DNA of 64,000 bases from a bacterium (GCA_965203325.1 OZ241875.1:4032001-4096000); one strand, 5' to 3'. Shown: positions 9,031 to 18,943, numbered from the stretch's first letter. Notes: a model not told the origin generated them from the letters alone. Translations and numbers: made by a program.

Positions 9031-9615
9031 CTATGATACGTTCAGGGCCTTTCTGAGAGTCTGGATTCTCCCCGCATGGTCCGAATGGTTCACCGGCGGG
9101 AGTTTCTCCGTGTTCGTCACCGGCAATACGATGAAATGAGGACCCGCCTCGGTGAGTATCCGGGGCAGGGCGTCATGAAACACGTCGAGAGCATCAATGC
9201 GCTCCACCTTGCCTTTTCCCGTCGCGCCGCCGCCCTCGAAGCCCGAGGCACGCGCCAGTTCGACGAAATCGGCCCGAGGGGGGAGTTCCTGCCCGCCCAC
9301 CATCTCGTAGCTCCTGTTCTCAAGAAGAAAGACGACCAGGTTTTCGGGCGCATACCTGGCCAGCGTCACCAGCGACCCCAAGCTCATCAGTATCCCCCCG
9401 TCGCCTTTCCAGACGATGGTTTTTCGCTCGGGCCGGGCGATGGCGAGTCCCAGACCGAAATCGGCGGCGTGCCCCATGCCGAAGGCCAGAAAATCGAAAT
9501 CGAGATCGCTTTCCGAGACCAGCGGCCACTGTAGAGTGGCCGTCATCGTCATCACCACGATCTCGTTCGTTCGTCGCTCCGCAACCGCCCGGAACAGTTC
9601 CATGCGCTCTATCAA
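9031..9615 (-). CDS. TPP-dependent decarboxylase beta subunit (sulfopyruvate/phosphonopyruvate decarboxylase-like)
   Basis: TPP-binding GDGGILMSLGSL...LENRSYEMVGGQ. Confidence 0.8.
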   Translation of the reverse strand: MIERMELFRAVAERRTNEIVVMTMTATLQWPLVSESDLDFDFLAFGMGHAADFGLGLAIARPERKTIVWKGDGGILMSLGSLVTLARYAPENLVVFLLENRSYEMVGGQELPPRADFVELARASGFEGGGATGKGKVERIDALDVFHDALPRILTEAGPHFIVLPVTNTEKLPPVNHSDHAGRIQTLRKALNVS

Positions 9616-9628
9616 GGTGTCCCGCCTT

Positions 9629-10138
9629 TCAAGGTTTGAACCCGTAGCCGGTGATGACGGCCGCCGGGTACGAAGTTTCCGCCGCCGTCTGGTCCATCAA
9701 CTCGATCGTTCCCAGATCGTCGTCCGACATGAGGTGCCAGGTCGGGATTCTCCACGCCTGAAGCAGCGGCTCCGTGAAGGTATAGGCCGAATCGATCGGC
9801 ATCTTTCCGGCCATCGCCCCGCCGTATCCCCGCCAGCCGACCATCATGCGCAAGGGCACCCTGGGTCCTGCGCCGCAGCCTCTCAGGGAGTCTCCCGCCT
9901 CCATGAGCCCCGTGTTCTGAATCACGAGCAACGGCTTGAGGCCTCCCGTCCAGAGCCCGGCTGCGATGGCGACGGATTCTCCCTCCCGGCAGGGGGTGAT
10001 CAGGTCGATTTCCGAATCGTTTTCCAGCGCATTGTATAGAAGACGGCTTTCGCTGTCCGGGATCATGAGAGCGTGCGTGAAGCCGAGTTCGTGAAGTTTC
10101 CGGACCGTTTTGCTTGCGCTTGCGCCCTTCTCGCTCAA
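9629..10138 (-). CDS. TPP-dependent decarboxylase alpha subunit (ComD-like)
   Basis: IPDS, REGESVAIAAG, IQNTGL, GWRG; probable TTG start at 10138 after GAGG. Confidence 0.8.
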   Translation of the reverse strand: MSEKGASASKTVRKLHELGFTHALMIPDSESRLLYNALENDSEIDLITPCREGESVAIAAGLWTGGLKPLLVIQNTGLMEAGDSLRGCGAGPRVPLRMMVGWRGYGGAMAGKMPIDSAYTFTEPLLQAWRIPTWHLMSDDDLGTIELMDQTAAETSYPAAVITGYGFKP

Positions 10139-10349
10139 GTATTTTCCTCTCGAATTAGAATTGCATATTCTTATCTGTCGAGGGGCCATCTTCTGCGCCG
10201 CATAACGCCCAAGTCAAGAGTTCCCGGCGAAATTATCGTGCGTATTGAAACTGCGGGGATATGATAACTTCCTGGAAGTGATATGCTCGATTTGTTCGGA
10301 CGTGATGCGTTTTCCGCACATGGCGCGCTGAGAAAGAAAGGGAGCCGCG

Positions 10350-11378
10350 TTGAAACGACGACCCGTAATCGCCATGACCATGGGAGACCCGGCGGGGGTG
10401 GGGCCCGAGGTTTGCCTGAAAGCCGTCCTGGATGCGGGCGTTCAGAGAAAATGCGCCCCCCTCATCGTGGGCGACATGGCCGTGCTCAGGAAACACGCCC
10501 GGCGGATGAAGATTCCGGCGTGTCTGGCACGGGTAGCTGATGAGGCGAAACTGGCGCAACCCCAAAGCTCGGCTGCCACGCCCGTGATTGATCTCAATAG
10601 CGTCGCTCCTGAACACCGCGTTTTCGGAAAAGTCATCCCCGAATTGGGTGCGGCGGCGGGCCAATACATCGAAAAGGCCGTCTCGATGGCGCGCTCGGGC
10701 CTCGTGGATGCCGTAGCGACCGCGCCGATCAACAAGGAATCCTTACAAGCCGGGGGATACGACTACCCCGGTCATACCGAGATGCTCGCCGACCTGTGCG
10801 GCGGGGGGCGGCCCGTCATGATGCTGGCGCACCGCAAGATACGCATCGCGCACCTGTCTACCCATTGTCCCTTGCGAGTCGCGCTCCGGCGCGTGAAGAG
10901 AAAGCGAATCGTGTACGTGGCGCGTGTTCTGGAGGACGCCCTGCGCTTGCTGGACAGAAAAAAGCCCAGAATCGGCGTTGCGGGTCTCAACCCACACGCG
11001 GGCGAGGGCGGCTTGTTCGGGAGAGAAGAAGTGGAGGAAATCGCGCCCGCGGTCGCGGATTTAAGGGATATGGGCGTCGACGCACACGGCCCCGAGCCTC
11101 CGGACACGATTTTCGGGAAATTGCGCGGCGGCTACTACAGCGGCGTCGTGGCGATGTATCACGATCAGGGGCACATTCCGGGCAAGCTGATGTGCTTTCG
11201 CTTCGACTCCCAGGGACAGGCGAACGTTCGCGGCGTCAACGTGACGCTGGGTCTGCCCATCGTCAGGACCTCGGTCGAACACGGGACGGGATTCCCCATT
11301 GCCGGGCAAGGTATCGCCGACCCCTCCAGTATGGTTGATGCACTTATCCTCGCGGCGCGGATGGCTGTAAGCAACTGA
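10350..11378 (+). CDS. pdxA: 4-hydroxythreonine-4-phosphate dehydrogenase
   Basis: TMGDPAGVGPE, TAPINK, GHTE, LNPHAGE, AMYHDQG, VNVTLGLPIVRTSVEHGT. Confidence 0.95.
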   Translation: MKRRPVIAMTMGDPAGVGPEVCLKAVLDAGVQRKCAPLIVGDMAVLRKHARRMKIPACLARVADEAKLAQPQSSAATPVIDLNSVAPEHRVFGKVIPELGAAAGQYIEKAVSMARSGLVDAVATAPINKESLQAGGYDYPGHTEMLADLCGGGRPVMMLAHRKIRIAHLSTHCPLRVALRRVKRKRIVYVARVLEDALRLLDRKKPRIGVAGLNPHAGEGGLFGREEVEEIAPAVADLRDMGVDAHGPEPPDTIFGKLRGGYYSGVVAMYHDQGHIPGKLMCFRFDSQGQANVRGVNVTLGLPIVRTSVEHGTGFPIAGQGIADPSSMVDALILAARMAVSN

Positions 11379-11512
11379 AATTAAAAGATATATTATCTTA
11401 TACTACGGCGATTTTTTTATCGAAAAACCCCGTGAATTTATCGAAATTTTCATCAATTCGATTTTCCCGCCCTTTGGAAGCGGCTCCTACGTATGCAACC
11501 CACACCTCCCCC

Positions 11513-12268
11513 TCACGATCGGCATATGGTAAGCAGGTGCACCGCTTCGGCGCCCGCTTTTTTGAGTTCGCGGGCGCAGGCCGAGGCGGTCGAGCCGGTC
11601 GTGACGACGTCGTCGACGAGGATGCAGGTGGCCGCTTCGATTTTCGGACTCGCCTTGTTTGAGCGAGCACGGAATACGCCCCGCATGTTCCGGCGCCGCT
11701 CCCTGGCGGTGAGGCCCGTCTGCGAGCGGGTCGCCTTCGCGCGTTCGAGTAAGTCCGCGTGGGGGATGCCCAGGCATTCCGCCGTCATGAGGGCGAGCAG
11801 CATCGCCTGATCGAAGCCTCTCGTCCTCCAGCGGGCGGGGTCGATGGGCACGTGCGTAACCACCACGTCGCGCGCGTCTGCATCGATTCCGAATTCCGCC
11901 GCCGCGAGCCCGGCGAGATGGGGCGCGAACTCGCGCGCGAGCTTCGTGAATCCCTGGAACTTGAAGAGGTGGACCGCTTCGCGCAGCGAGTCCTCATACG
12001 CACCGATGGCGCGGGCCATGTCGTAGTGATGCCCGTTTTCTAGGCAATCCGCGCAGACGTGGGCCGGGGAATGGGTGAGGGCGGTCAGGGAGTGAAAAGG
12101 AGTTCCGCACCTGGGGCACCAGGGGGGTTCAAAGCGCTCGAAGGCTTCCGTGCAGGGCGTGCATATCGCGTGGGGGTCGCCGATTTCCATGGAAGCCGAA
12201 CACAAGAGGCATTTCGGAGGGATGAGAAAGTCCGTCGCTGCGCCGATGAGTCTGCGGAGATAACCCAT
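11513..12268 (-). CDS. comF: ComF family amidophosphoribosyltransferase-like protein
   Basis: N-terminal CxxC zinc ribbons, RGFDQA, LVDDVVTTGST. Confidence 0.9.
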   Translation of the reverse strand: MGYLRRLIGAATDFLIPPKCLLCSASMEIGDPHAICTPCTEAFERFEPPWCPRCGTPFHSLTALTHSPAHVCADCLENGHHYDMARAIGAYEDSLREAVHLFKFQGFTKLAREFAPHLAGLAAAEFGIDADARDVVVTHVPIDPARWRTRGFDQAMLLALMTAECLGIPHADLLERAKATRSQTGLTARERRRNMRGVFRARSNKASPKIEAATCILVDDVVTTGSTASACARELKKAGAEAVHLLTICRS

Positions 12269-12349
12269 GATCCCTGGAAAACACTCGCTTCGGGTCCCGG
12301 GTATGAAAAAATGTGGCCCCCTCGTACGGGCCGGTTGCGGCGAGAAATA

Positions 12350-13495
12350 TTAGGATTTTCTTTTGAGTTGAACCCTTTTGCTGCCCGTACCCTCGCTCTG
12401 CGCCTCGCCCTTGCGGCGGTGGCGGATGAGTTCGGCGACGATGGCGACGCCGATCTCTCCCGGCGTGTCGGCGCCGATGTCGAGGCCGATGGGCGCATGG
12501 ACGCGCTCGATGAGTTCGCCCCTGGCGTAGCCCTTGTCCTGGAGGTGGCGATAGGTGAGCAGCACCTTGCTTTTCGAGCCTATCATCCCGATGTAGCGCG
12601 CGGCCGTCTTCATGGCCCATTCGAGGACGACCTCGTCGTTCGAGTGCCCCCGTGTGATGATGGCCAGATAGTCGGACTCGTCGACCGGTATTTTCTCGAA
12701 GATTTCGGGGAACTCGCCGACATAGAACGACTCCGCCATCGGGAAGCGCTCCTTGTTGGCGAACGAGGGCCGATCCTCGACTATCGAGACCCGGAAGCCG
12801 GCGAGATAGGCCGCCTGCGCAACGCAGAACGACACGTGCCCTCCGCCGAAAATATAGACGAGCGGCTGGCCGGATATGGGTTCGACGAAAATTTCGGTTG
12901 CGTCCGTGAGCGTCGAACGCTTTTCTCCCGCGCGCGCGGCGTCCCTGTTGAACTGCATGAGGGTGGGACTGCCGTTGCGGATGATTTGCGTGCTCTCCGC
13001 CCAGATTTCCGTTGAATAGTCGGGAATCTCGCCTACGGCGCTGCCGTCGCGCCGGAAGAGCATCTTTCTGGCCTCAGGCGCCGGGACGTCGAGGTCGCCC
13101 GGCTGAACGATGGTCGCCAGCGCAGCGCTGCCGCCCTGGTTTCTGATGCGGTTGATCTCGTCGAGCAACTCTTCCTGAAACGCCTGGAAGGGCTCCACGA
13201 GTATTTCCACCACGCCGCCGCAGATGTGGCCGCTGTCTTCGGCTTCCTGCTGGGTGAGGTCGAACCGGAGCTTTTCGGGTTCGCCCGTCTCCAATACGCT
13301 CATCGCGGTTTCCCACACTTCGGCCTCGAGGCAGCCGCCGCCGACGGTGCCCTCCGTGCTGCCGTCCTCGCGCACGAGCATCTTCGCGTCGCCGCTCATG
13401 GGCGCGGACCCCTTGCGGGCCACGACGGTGGCGAGCGCGCCGCTCTGGCCGTCTCCCTTGAGCTTCGCCATCTCTTTGAATACGTCCTTGCTCAT
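12350..13495 (-). CDS. xdhC: XdhC/CoxI family molybdenum cofactor insertion protein (duplicated N-terminal domain)
   Basis: ATVVARKGSAP...GTVGGGCLE...CGG; second ALATIV...KML unit; IFGGGHV, YIGMIGSKSK, HAPIGLDIGADTPGEI. Confidence 0.9.
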   Translation of the reverse strand: MSKDVFKEMAKLKGDGQSGALATVVARKGSAPMSGDAKMLVREDGSTEGTVGGGCLEAEVWETAMSVLETGEPEKLRFDLTQQEAEDSGHICGGVVEILVEPFQAFQEELLDEINRIRNQGGSAALATIVQPGDLDVPAPEARKMLFRRDGSAVGEIPDYSTEIWAESTQIIRNGSPTLMQFNRDAARAGEKRSTLTDATEIFVEPISGQPLVYIFGGGHVSFCVAQAAYLAGFRVSIVEDRPSFANKERFPMAESFYVGEFPEIFEKIPVDESDYLAIITRGHSNDEVVLEWAMKTAARYIGMIGSKSKVLLTYRHLQDKGYARGELIERVHAPIGLDIGADTPGEIGVAIVAELIRHRRKGEAQSEGTGSKRVQLKRKS

Positions 13496-13526
13496 TCCTT
13501 GCTCCACCTACGTGAAGTGATGATCG

Positions 13527-14354
13527 CTACGCATCCGGTGCGATCCGCATGAATACTTCACATTCGTTGTTCATACAAGATGTGAAGAGGATGCCGTCCG
13601 CCGGACCATGAGGCTTTCCGGCCAACTCCCATATAGTATAGGCCGTTTTTTCGAGTTTTTCCAGCGAAGTTTCCATATCCGCCTTGTTGATGACGATCCA
13701 CTTGCGCGCGCCGGCCTCCGCCTTGTGAAAAAGACCGAAAGGGTGTGCGCACAGCTTTCCTACGGCCTCGACCGTTATCTCCTCGTCGATCTGCAGGCTG
13801 CAAATGTGCGAAAGCGCCTCGGGACGAAAGACGTGCGTCTGATTCAAGGGCGCGCCCAGCGCGTCCAGCCCCACGACGCCCAGCACGGCGTCGAGATTTT
13901 CGGGCAGTACGGGCTCATCGCGACCCGGGGCCTTGATGGGCAGTCTTCTCGCCCCGTCCGCCTCGATGAGCGTGAGGGCATTACCCAGCGTGAAGTGGGC
14001 AATTTCCGAAGGCGTAAAACCGCTCAGCTTCATGCGTTGCTCGCTCTCCAGGCCCGGAATCGGGGCTTTCCCCTCGCGGCGGCGTGCGAACCACGAGACG
14101 CCGCATGCGTCCATGTAGGGGCGGAGGTTCTTTGCGAGCGTCGCGGCGTCGCCCAGGGCGAGCCCGAGCCCTTCCTCGGGCAGCGGCGCGAAAATTTTTG
14201 TTGTCGTCGTGAGAATCGCAGGTTTTCCGGTTTGCGCATGAAACTGCCTGGCGATGGCCGTCAGCAGGCTCGTTTTTCCGCCTCCGCCGACCGCCGCGAC
14301 GCTCTGGCCAGGCCCGACCCCGAGGGAGCGGACAATGTCGTCTTCCGCTACCAA
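13527..14354 (-). CDS. yqeC: Selenium cofactor biosynthesis protein YqeC
   Basis: VGGGGKTS, LTTTTKI, IEADGARRLPIKAP...EPVLP, GLDALG, INKAD; probable TTG start at 14354 (the longer 5' ORF is overlap with the vWA gene). Confidence 0.88.
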   Translation of the reverse strand: MVAEDDIVRSLGVGPGQSVAAVGGGGKTSLLTAIARQFHAQTGKPAILTTTTKIFAPLPEEGLGLALGDAATLAKNLRPYMDACGVSWFARRREGKAPIPGLESEQRMKLSGFTPSEIAHFTLGNALTLIEADGARRLPIKAPGRDEPVLPENLDAVLGVVGLDALGAPLNQTHVFRPEALSHICSLQIDEEITVEAVGKLCAHPFGLFHKAEAGARKWIVINKADMETSLEKLEKTAYTIWELAGKPHGPADGILFTSCMNNECEVFMRIAPDA

Positions 14355-16120
14355 TTGCGGCTCTCCATGCCGCCGAGCAGCTCGCGCCTCAGGATGTTCA
14401 CGAGTTCGGTGGAAAGCTGGGTGAGGTCCTGCACCACGATGTGGTTGGGGTAGATCTGCTCGACGAACGGGTCCACCACGCCGACGCCGATGACGCGGAC
14501 GCCGAGCTTCTGGAGCCGGTTCACCGTGTTCACGAGGTGGGTCGCATCCCCGTTGGGCTGGCCGTCGGAGGTGATGATGATGATTTTCTCCTCCTCGGGC
14601 CGCTGGATGAGCCTGCGGTAGGCGAAGAGCAGGTGCTCTTCGTCCCAGTTGTTGAAGCGCGGGTATATGTTGACGAGCCTGTTCTTGACCTGGGCGAAGT
14701 GATCCTCGAAACCCTTGTAGATGCGGTGCTGCAGCGGCGAGTGCCGGATGTGGCGGAACTTGAACGCGGGGATGTGGCCCAGAGCCGCCGCCATGGCGGC
14801 TTCCGAACTCTCGGTGGAATAGCCGATGACCTCGAAGGGCACGTCGAGGCGGTCGAGGGCTTCGGCGAAGAATATGGTCGCCTCCCTGGCGGCCATGTAC
14901 TTCGATTCTCGGTTCATGCTGCCGCTCTCGTCCACGAGCAGCGTGAAGCACACGTCGAGCTTCTCAGGCTCTTCTCTTCGGTGGAAGAGATGGAATTTCC
15001 CCAGCCGCTGTTTCCACAATTTCGGGAGGTTCAGCTTGCCCGAGCGGTGCGAGCCGCTGTAGCGTGTGTAGGTTCTCTCCTGGATGATCTGCATGAGCTT
15101 CCACACCAGCACCTTGATCTGGCTGCCCGCATTGTCGATGACTGCCGCGTATTCTTCGGCCTTGCCCTCGGGCGGCAACACGATGGTGCGCTCATCGGGA
15201 TGTTCGGCGGTGGGGTGGATTTCCTTCTTGTTCCCTTCGAGTTCGAACCAGGGGGCGGCCCAGTGCCCGAGCGCCGCGAGTTCCTCGGGACTCAGTTCGA
15301 CCTGCTCGCCCACGTCTTCCTCGTCGATTTCCTCGGCCGCTTCGGGGTGGAGCATCTCGAGCGCTTCGTCGTCGTCGCCCTCCAGGTTCTGGCTCTCGAT
15401 CTTCTGGAGAATTTCCTCGGGGATTTCCGATAAATCCTGATCCTCGCTCATCCGGGAGAGTTGTTCTTCGGTGAGATAGCGCTGGATGGCGTCGTAAATC
15501 TCGTTGGCGCAATCGAAGGCGGTTTTGGGGTCATCGGCGGCGCAGGCGCGGTCTACCAGCGGGATGAGCCTGTGAAAAATCTGGACGACGGCGGAATCGA
15601 ACCAGGCCGCCGGCAAGTCTCCGGGCCTGGAAGAGGGGACGCCGGGCGTTTGCCCGATCCCGGCGAGGTAGATCCCCCACTGGATCTGGAGAAACAAGGG
15701 GAGTTGCCCGCTCATCTGGTTGCGTTCGGCCGCCTCGATGGCCGGGAGGATGAAGGCGCGGAAATTCTTCTTGGTGCCGGGCAACGATTCCGCGAGGCGG
15801 TTTTCGCACCGCGCGTCCTCGAGCGTATGCCATATATGGAAAAGGCCCGGCCTCTCGCGGTTGGCGAGCGCGGCGCGCCCCGCCCAGCGGAACGTGCCGT
15901 GGATCTTGTGGGCCACCTCGATGAGCGTCATGCCCTTTTGGAATCTCAAGACATGCTCGTCGTTCAGACCGCCGCCCAGGCGCGCCAGGGTTTGTTCGGG
16001 GTCTTCGACGTGAATGGCGTCTTCGCCGTTCTTCGCCTTGGGGCCGAAGTTCAAGGCGAGGTCGTAATCGTGCGCGGTTACCTGCGCGAGCGCTTCGAGA
16101 CGGGCGCGTCGGCGTTCCAT
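14348..16120 (-). CDS. vWA-domain protein, CobT/NorD/CbbO type
   Basis: N-terminal LEDARCE motif, acidic linker, SGKLN, MIDAS LLVDESGSM and TSDGQP. Confidence 0.85.
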   Translation of the reverse strand: MERRRARLEALAQVTAHDYDLALNFGPKAKNGEDAIHVEDPEQTLARLGGGLNDEHVLRFQKGMTLIEVAHKIHGTFRWAGRAALANRERPGLFHIWHTLEDARCENRLAESLPGTKKNFRAFILPAIEAAERNQMSGQLPLFLQIQWGIYLAGIGQTPGVPSSRPGDLPAAWFDSAVVQIFHRLIPLVDRACAADDPKTAFDCANEIYDAIQRYLTEEQLSRMSEDQDLSEIPEEILQKIESQNLEGDDDEALEMLHPEAAEEIDEEDVGEQVELSPEELAALGHWAAPWFELEGNKKEIHPTAEHPDERTIVLPPEGKAEEYAAVIDNAGSQIKVLVWKLMQIIQERTYTRYSGSHRSGKLNLPKLWKQRLGKFHLFHRREEPEKLDVCFTLLVDESGSMNRESKYMAAREATIFFAEALDRLDVPFEVIGYSTESSEAAMAAALGHIPAFKFRHIRHSPLQHRIYKGFEDHFAQVKNRLVNIYPRFNNWDEEHLLFAYRRLIQRPEEEKIIIITSDGQPNGDATHLVNTVNRLQKLGVRVIGVGVVDPFVEQIYPNHIVVQDLTQLSTELVNILRRELLGGMESRNW

Positions 16121-16134
16121 GCCTCATCCCCCGG

Positions 16135-17019
16135 CTAGAAGTGGTTGTCTACGATGTCCTCGAGCACTTTGGCGTCGAAAGAGTTGACCTTGCTGAAGAT
16201 GGTCGAGACGGCGGCTTCCATGGGGTCGAACTGCGCCGCCATGCGCGCCCAGTCGATGAGGCGCCGGGTGCTGAACGTGCAGAACACCTTTTCGTTCTGC
16301 ATGGCCTCGCGCACGTCGTGGCCCACGCGCACCATGCGCTTGATGAGCTCTTCATCATTGTTGCCGCTCTGCTGCATGATGACCTCGACTTCCGCGTCGA
16401 ACGGCAGGTAGTCCATCTTCACGGTAACCGGGAAGCGGTCCAGAAGCGCCTCGTTCAGGGGCTTGGTGCCGCCGTATCTGCGGTCCTCGTGCGGGTTCAT
16501 GCTGGCGAAAAGCCTGAAGTTCGGATGCGGCTTGACGATGCGGCCGTCGTATTCCGACAAGACGATCATGCGGTCGTCGTCGAGCAGGCTGTGCAGGCAA
16601 AAGGCGATTTCGGGCAGGCACGCGTTGATCTCGTCGATGAGCAGCCAGTCGCCCGACTGCATGGCGTCGACCAGAATGCCGTTCACCCAGTAGGTGCCCT
16701 GTTCGTTGATCATCAGCTTGCCCACGAACTCGTCGACCGTGGTCATGCCGTTCAGGTTCACGCGCCGGAAGCCGTTGTTCGTCATGTGGGCGAGGTGGCG
16801 CACCGAGAGAGTCTTGCCGACGCCGGTCTCCCCGACGAGGAGAGCGGGGAGGTTCCTGCTCACCGCCCATGCGATGCGCTCGAGCGCGTCTCCCGCCGCC
16901 AGATAGAATTGCGCCGGGGGAACGAAGGAGTTCCCGTTCGTCTCGTTGATGGGGATTTCGCTGCGCCCGATCCGGTAGGTTCCGTTTTTCACCGTTTCGG
17001 TCAAGATTTCGGTAGTCAA
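16135..17019 (-). CDS. MoxR-clade AAA+ ATPase, CbbQ/NirQ/NorQ type
   Basis: Walker A GETGVGKT, Walker B LLIDEIN, FASMNP, LNEALLDRF, C-terminal FSTRRLI. Confidence 0.9.
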   Translation of the reverse strand: MTTEILTETVKNGTYRIGRSEIPINETNGNSFVPPAQFYLAAGDALERIAWAVSRNLPALLVGETGVGKTLSVRHLAHMTNNGFRRVNLNGMTTVDEFVGKLMINEQGTYWVNGILVDAMQSGDWLLIDEINACLPEIAFCLHSLLDDDRMIVLSEYDGRIVKPHPNFRLFASMNPHEDRRYGGTKPLNEALLDRFPVTVKMDYLPFDAEVEVIMQQSGNNDEELIKRMVRVGHDVREAMQNEKVFCTFSTRRLIDWARMAAQFDPMEAAVSTIFSKVNSFDAKVLEDIVDNHF

Positions 17020-17870
17020 TTCGCATACTCCATGGCTGAAACGCCGAACAGAAACATCATGATGGCCTCGAGCGCGCCACCTCCGATGGCGCGCGATTTA
17101 TCCGATATCGTATGGCAATGGGCGGGCTCGGCCCTCGGGTCGACGTCGCCCACCTTGAAGCCGGCAGGCACCTCGATGCCGTCTCTCAGCAGCCCCCGTA
17201 AAACGCCGTCGATGGCGGAGGTCACTTCCGCGCCGTCCACGCGGGCGACGGCCTCTCCCGCCCGCACCATGTCGCCTATCCCGGCGATGGAGGTGAATAC
17301 GCCTGCTTTGGGCGCACGCAGCAGCCGTTCGGTGGTGTAGCCGCCGATGGGGCCCGGAACGCCGGTGTTCGGTTTCGCGCCGCCTTCCAGTATGACCCTT
17401 CCCAGATCGTGTCCCCGGGAGGTCTCGACCACGGCGTGGCAATCGACGCCCGCCGTGAAGCCCGGCCCGAGGCCGACGACGACCTCCGCGTCGTCGATGC
17501 GCGTGCCGAGGTTTCGCTTCGCGAGAATCGCATCGACCACGACGGCGGGCCGGAGGTGATCGATCACCTCGGCTTGCGGGTCCACCATTACCGGAATCGA
17601 ACCCGCCTCCAGAATGGCGCGCGCTCTCTGTGCTTTCTCCGCTGGTGTCTTGCCGTCCGCCCGGGCGGAGATCAGGCCCTCCACTCTCCACTCATCCGCA
17701 TACAGACACTCGGCGAACGAGACGGTGCGCCTCACCATCGTGGGGTTTTCGATTTCGGTGATCGCGACCGGAAAACCCGCGCGGTGCAGGCGGTGCGACA
17801 CGCCGGTGGCGAGGTCGCCGCCTCCTTTGACGAGTACGAGCGTCTCGGTGATCGACTTGCGGCTGCTCAT
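17016..17870 (-). CDS. yqeB: Selenium-dependent molybdenum cofactor biosynthesis protein YqeB
   Basis: VKGGGDLATG, VRRTVSF, VVDAILAKRNLGT, GLGPGF, ETSRGHDLG, KVGDVDPR, ISDKSRAIGGGALEA; ATG at 17870. Confidence 0.93.
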   Translation of the reverse strand: MSSRKSITETLVLVKGGGDLATGVSHRLHRAGFPVAITEIENPTMVRRTVSFAECLYADEWRVEGLISARADGKTPAEKAQRARAILEAGSIPVMVDPQAEVIDHLRPAVVVDAILAKRNLGTRIDDAEVVVGLGPGFTAGVDCHAVVETSRGHDLGRVILEGGAKPNTGVPGPIGGYTTERLLRAPKAGVFTSIAGIGDMVRAGEAVARVDGAEVTSAIDGVLRGLLRDGIEVPAGFKVGDVDPRAEPAHCHTISDKSRAIGGGALEAIMMFLFGVSAMEYAN

Positions 17871-17875
17871 CGCAT

Positions 17876-18268
17876 CTAGTCTTCCACGAAGGCGATCGCG
17901 TCGATCTCGATGATCCACTCGGGTTTCGCCAGGCCGCTCACGACCAGGAGCGTGCTCGCCGGGTACGGCTCGTTGAAGTAGGTCTGCCGCACCTCCATGC
18001 ATCCCGGGACATTCGCAGAGTCGGTGATATAGACGGTCAGGCGGATGATGTCCGCCATCCCGGCGCCCGCCGCTTCGAGCGCGGCCTTGATGTTCTCGTA
18101 CACCTGCCGGGTCTGGCCCCTGATGTCGTCTCCCCCGACGGTGTTCCCATCCACGTCGACCGCCACTTGGCCCGCCAGCATGATGAGATGTCCGTTCGAT
18201 ACCTTCCAGCCGGTGGAATAAGCGGCGACCGGTTTCACCTTGTCGGAGTTGATCTGTTGTTTCGCCAT
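17876..18268 (-). CDS. RidA/YjgF family protein
   Basis: LAGQV, PASTLLVVSGL...IEIDAIA; ATG at 18268 after GGGAG. Confidence 0.88.
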   Translation of the reverse strand: MAKQQINSDKVKPVAAYSTGWKVSNGHLIMLAGQVAVDVDGNTVGGDDIRGQTRQVYENIKAALEAAGAGMADIIRLTVYITDSANVPGCMEVRQTYFNEPYPASTLLVVSGLAKPEWIIEIDAIAFVED

Positions 18269-18361
18269 TGGGTTCTCCCTCCCGCATCTCATCAGAAAAG
18301 AATGGTCATCTTCCCCGGAAACGGAAATCTAGCACGGGGCCGAACACGAGGCAACGCGAAC

Positions 18362-18647
18362 GGGGTTGTTGAAAAACCCCCCGCCGGGGGAGCCGCCTTT
18401 GCCTCCCTGAAAAGGGCTTGTTGAAAAATCCGGTTACGGCAGCGGGCTTCGCAGAAGGCCTGATGTCCTCATCCTGAGTAGGCGCGCAAGCGCCGTATCG
18501 AAGGATGGGGTGCATCTCTCCGGCGGGCGCGAACTTCGCCCTTCGACAGGCTCAGGACAGGCCCCTTCGATACGCGGCTTCGCCGCTACTCAGGGTGAGG
18601 CGAACGGCGGCACTGCTCGGGGCGGAGGGGCTTTTTTTAACAACCCT
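18362..18647. mobile_element. MITE-like composite: GGGTTGTTGAAAAA-type ends around a family C palindrome (18467-18600)
   Basis: GGGGTTGTTGAAAAACCCC ... GGGGCTTTTTTTAACAACCCT; core CCTCATCCTGAGTAG..CGTATCGAAGG..CCTTCGATACG..CTACTCAGGGTGAGG, also at 46749-46878 and ~50982-51068. Confidence 0.65.
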
Positions 18648-18943
18648 GAGAAGGGGGGACAGGGCGGGGATGCCTTTCAAGGCGAGAGTGGCAAGGGGGA
18701 TGCTTTTCAAGTCGAGGAGAGCGAGTGAAGCATGATTCACTCCGAACTCCCCAACTCCCCTCGTCGAACCCCCACCCCCCTTGTCAGGGGGCTTTTTTAG
18801 TGGCCCCGAGAGAGTGCGATTTTTCGTGAAATCGGATTTTTCGTGTGGTAGATTCTGACTGAAAATCATGACTGGAACCACCAAACCGCAGTGTGGCATG
18901 CGAATGAATTGCATGTTTCACCGAGCGGACGAGGAGAGGACCC

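Noticed and set aside
13527..14951. 474-aa YqeC and 423-aa YqeB (17016-18287) as novel N-terminal fusions
   Set aside because: The extensions are alternative-frame read-outs of the upstream vWA and RidA genes; the likely starts are 14354 and 17870.
18270..18360. Moco riboswitch upstream of the RidA-yqeB operon
   Set aside because: No recognisable conserved Moco-RNA structure by eye; an Infernal search would be needed to exclude it.
18666..18716. Two 21-nt near-identical units with a 30-nt period (GGGGATGCYTTTCAAGKCGAG)
   Set aside because: Only two copies with a 9-nt spacer; too short for CRISPR and no function can be supported.
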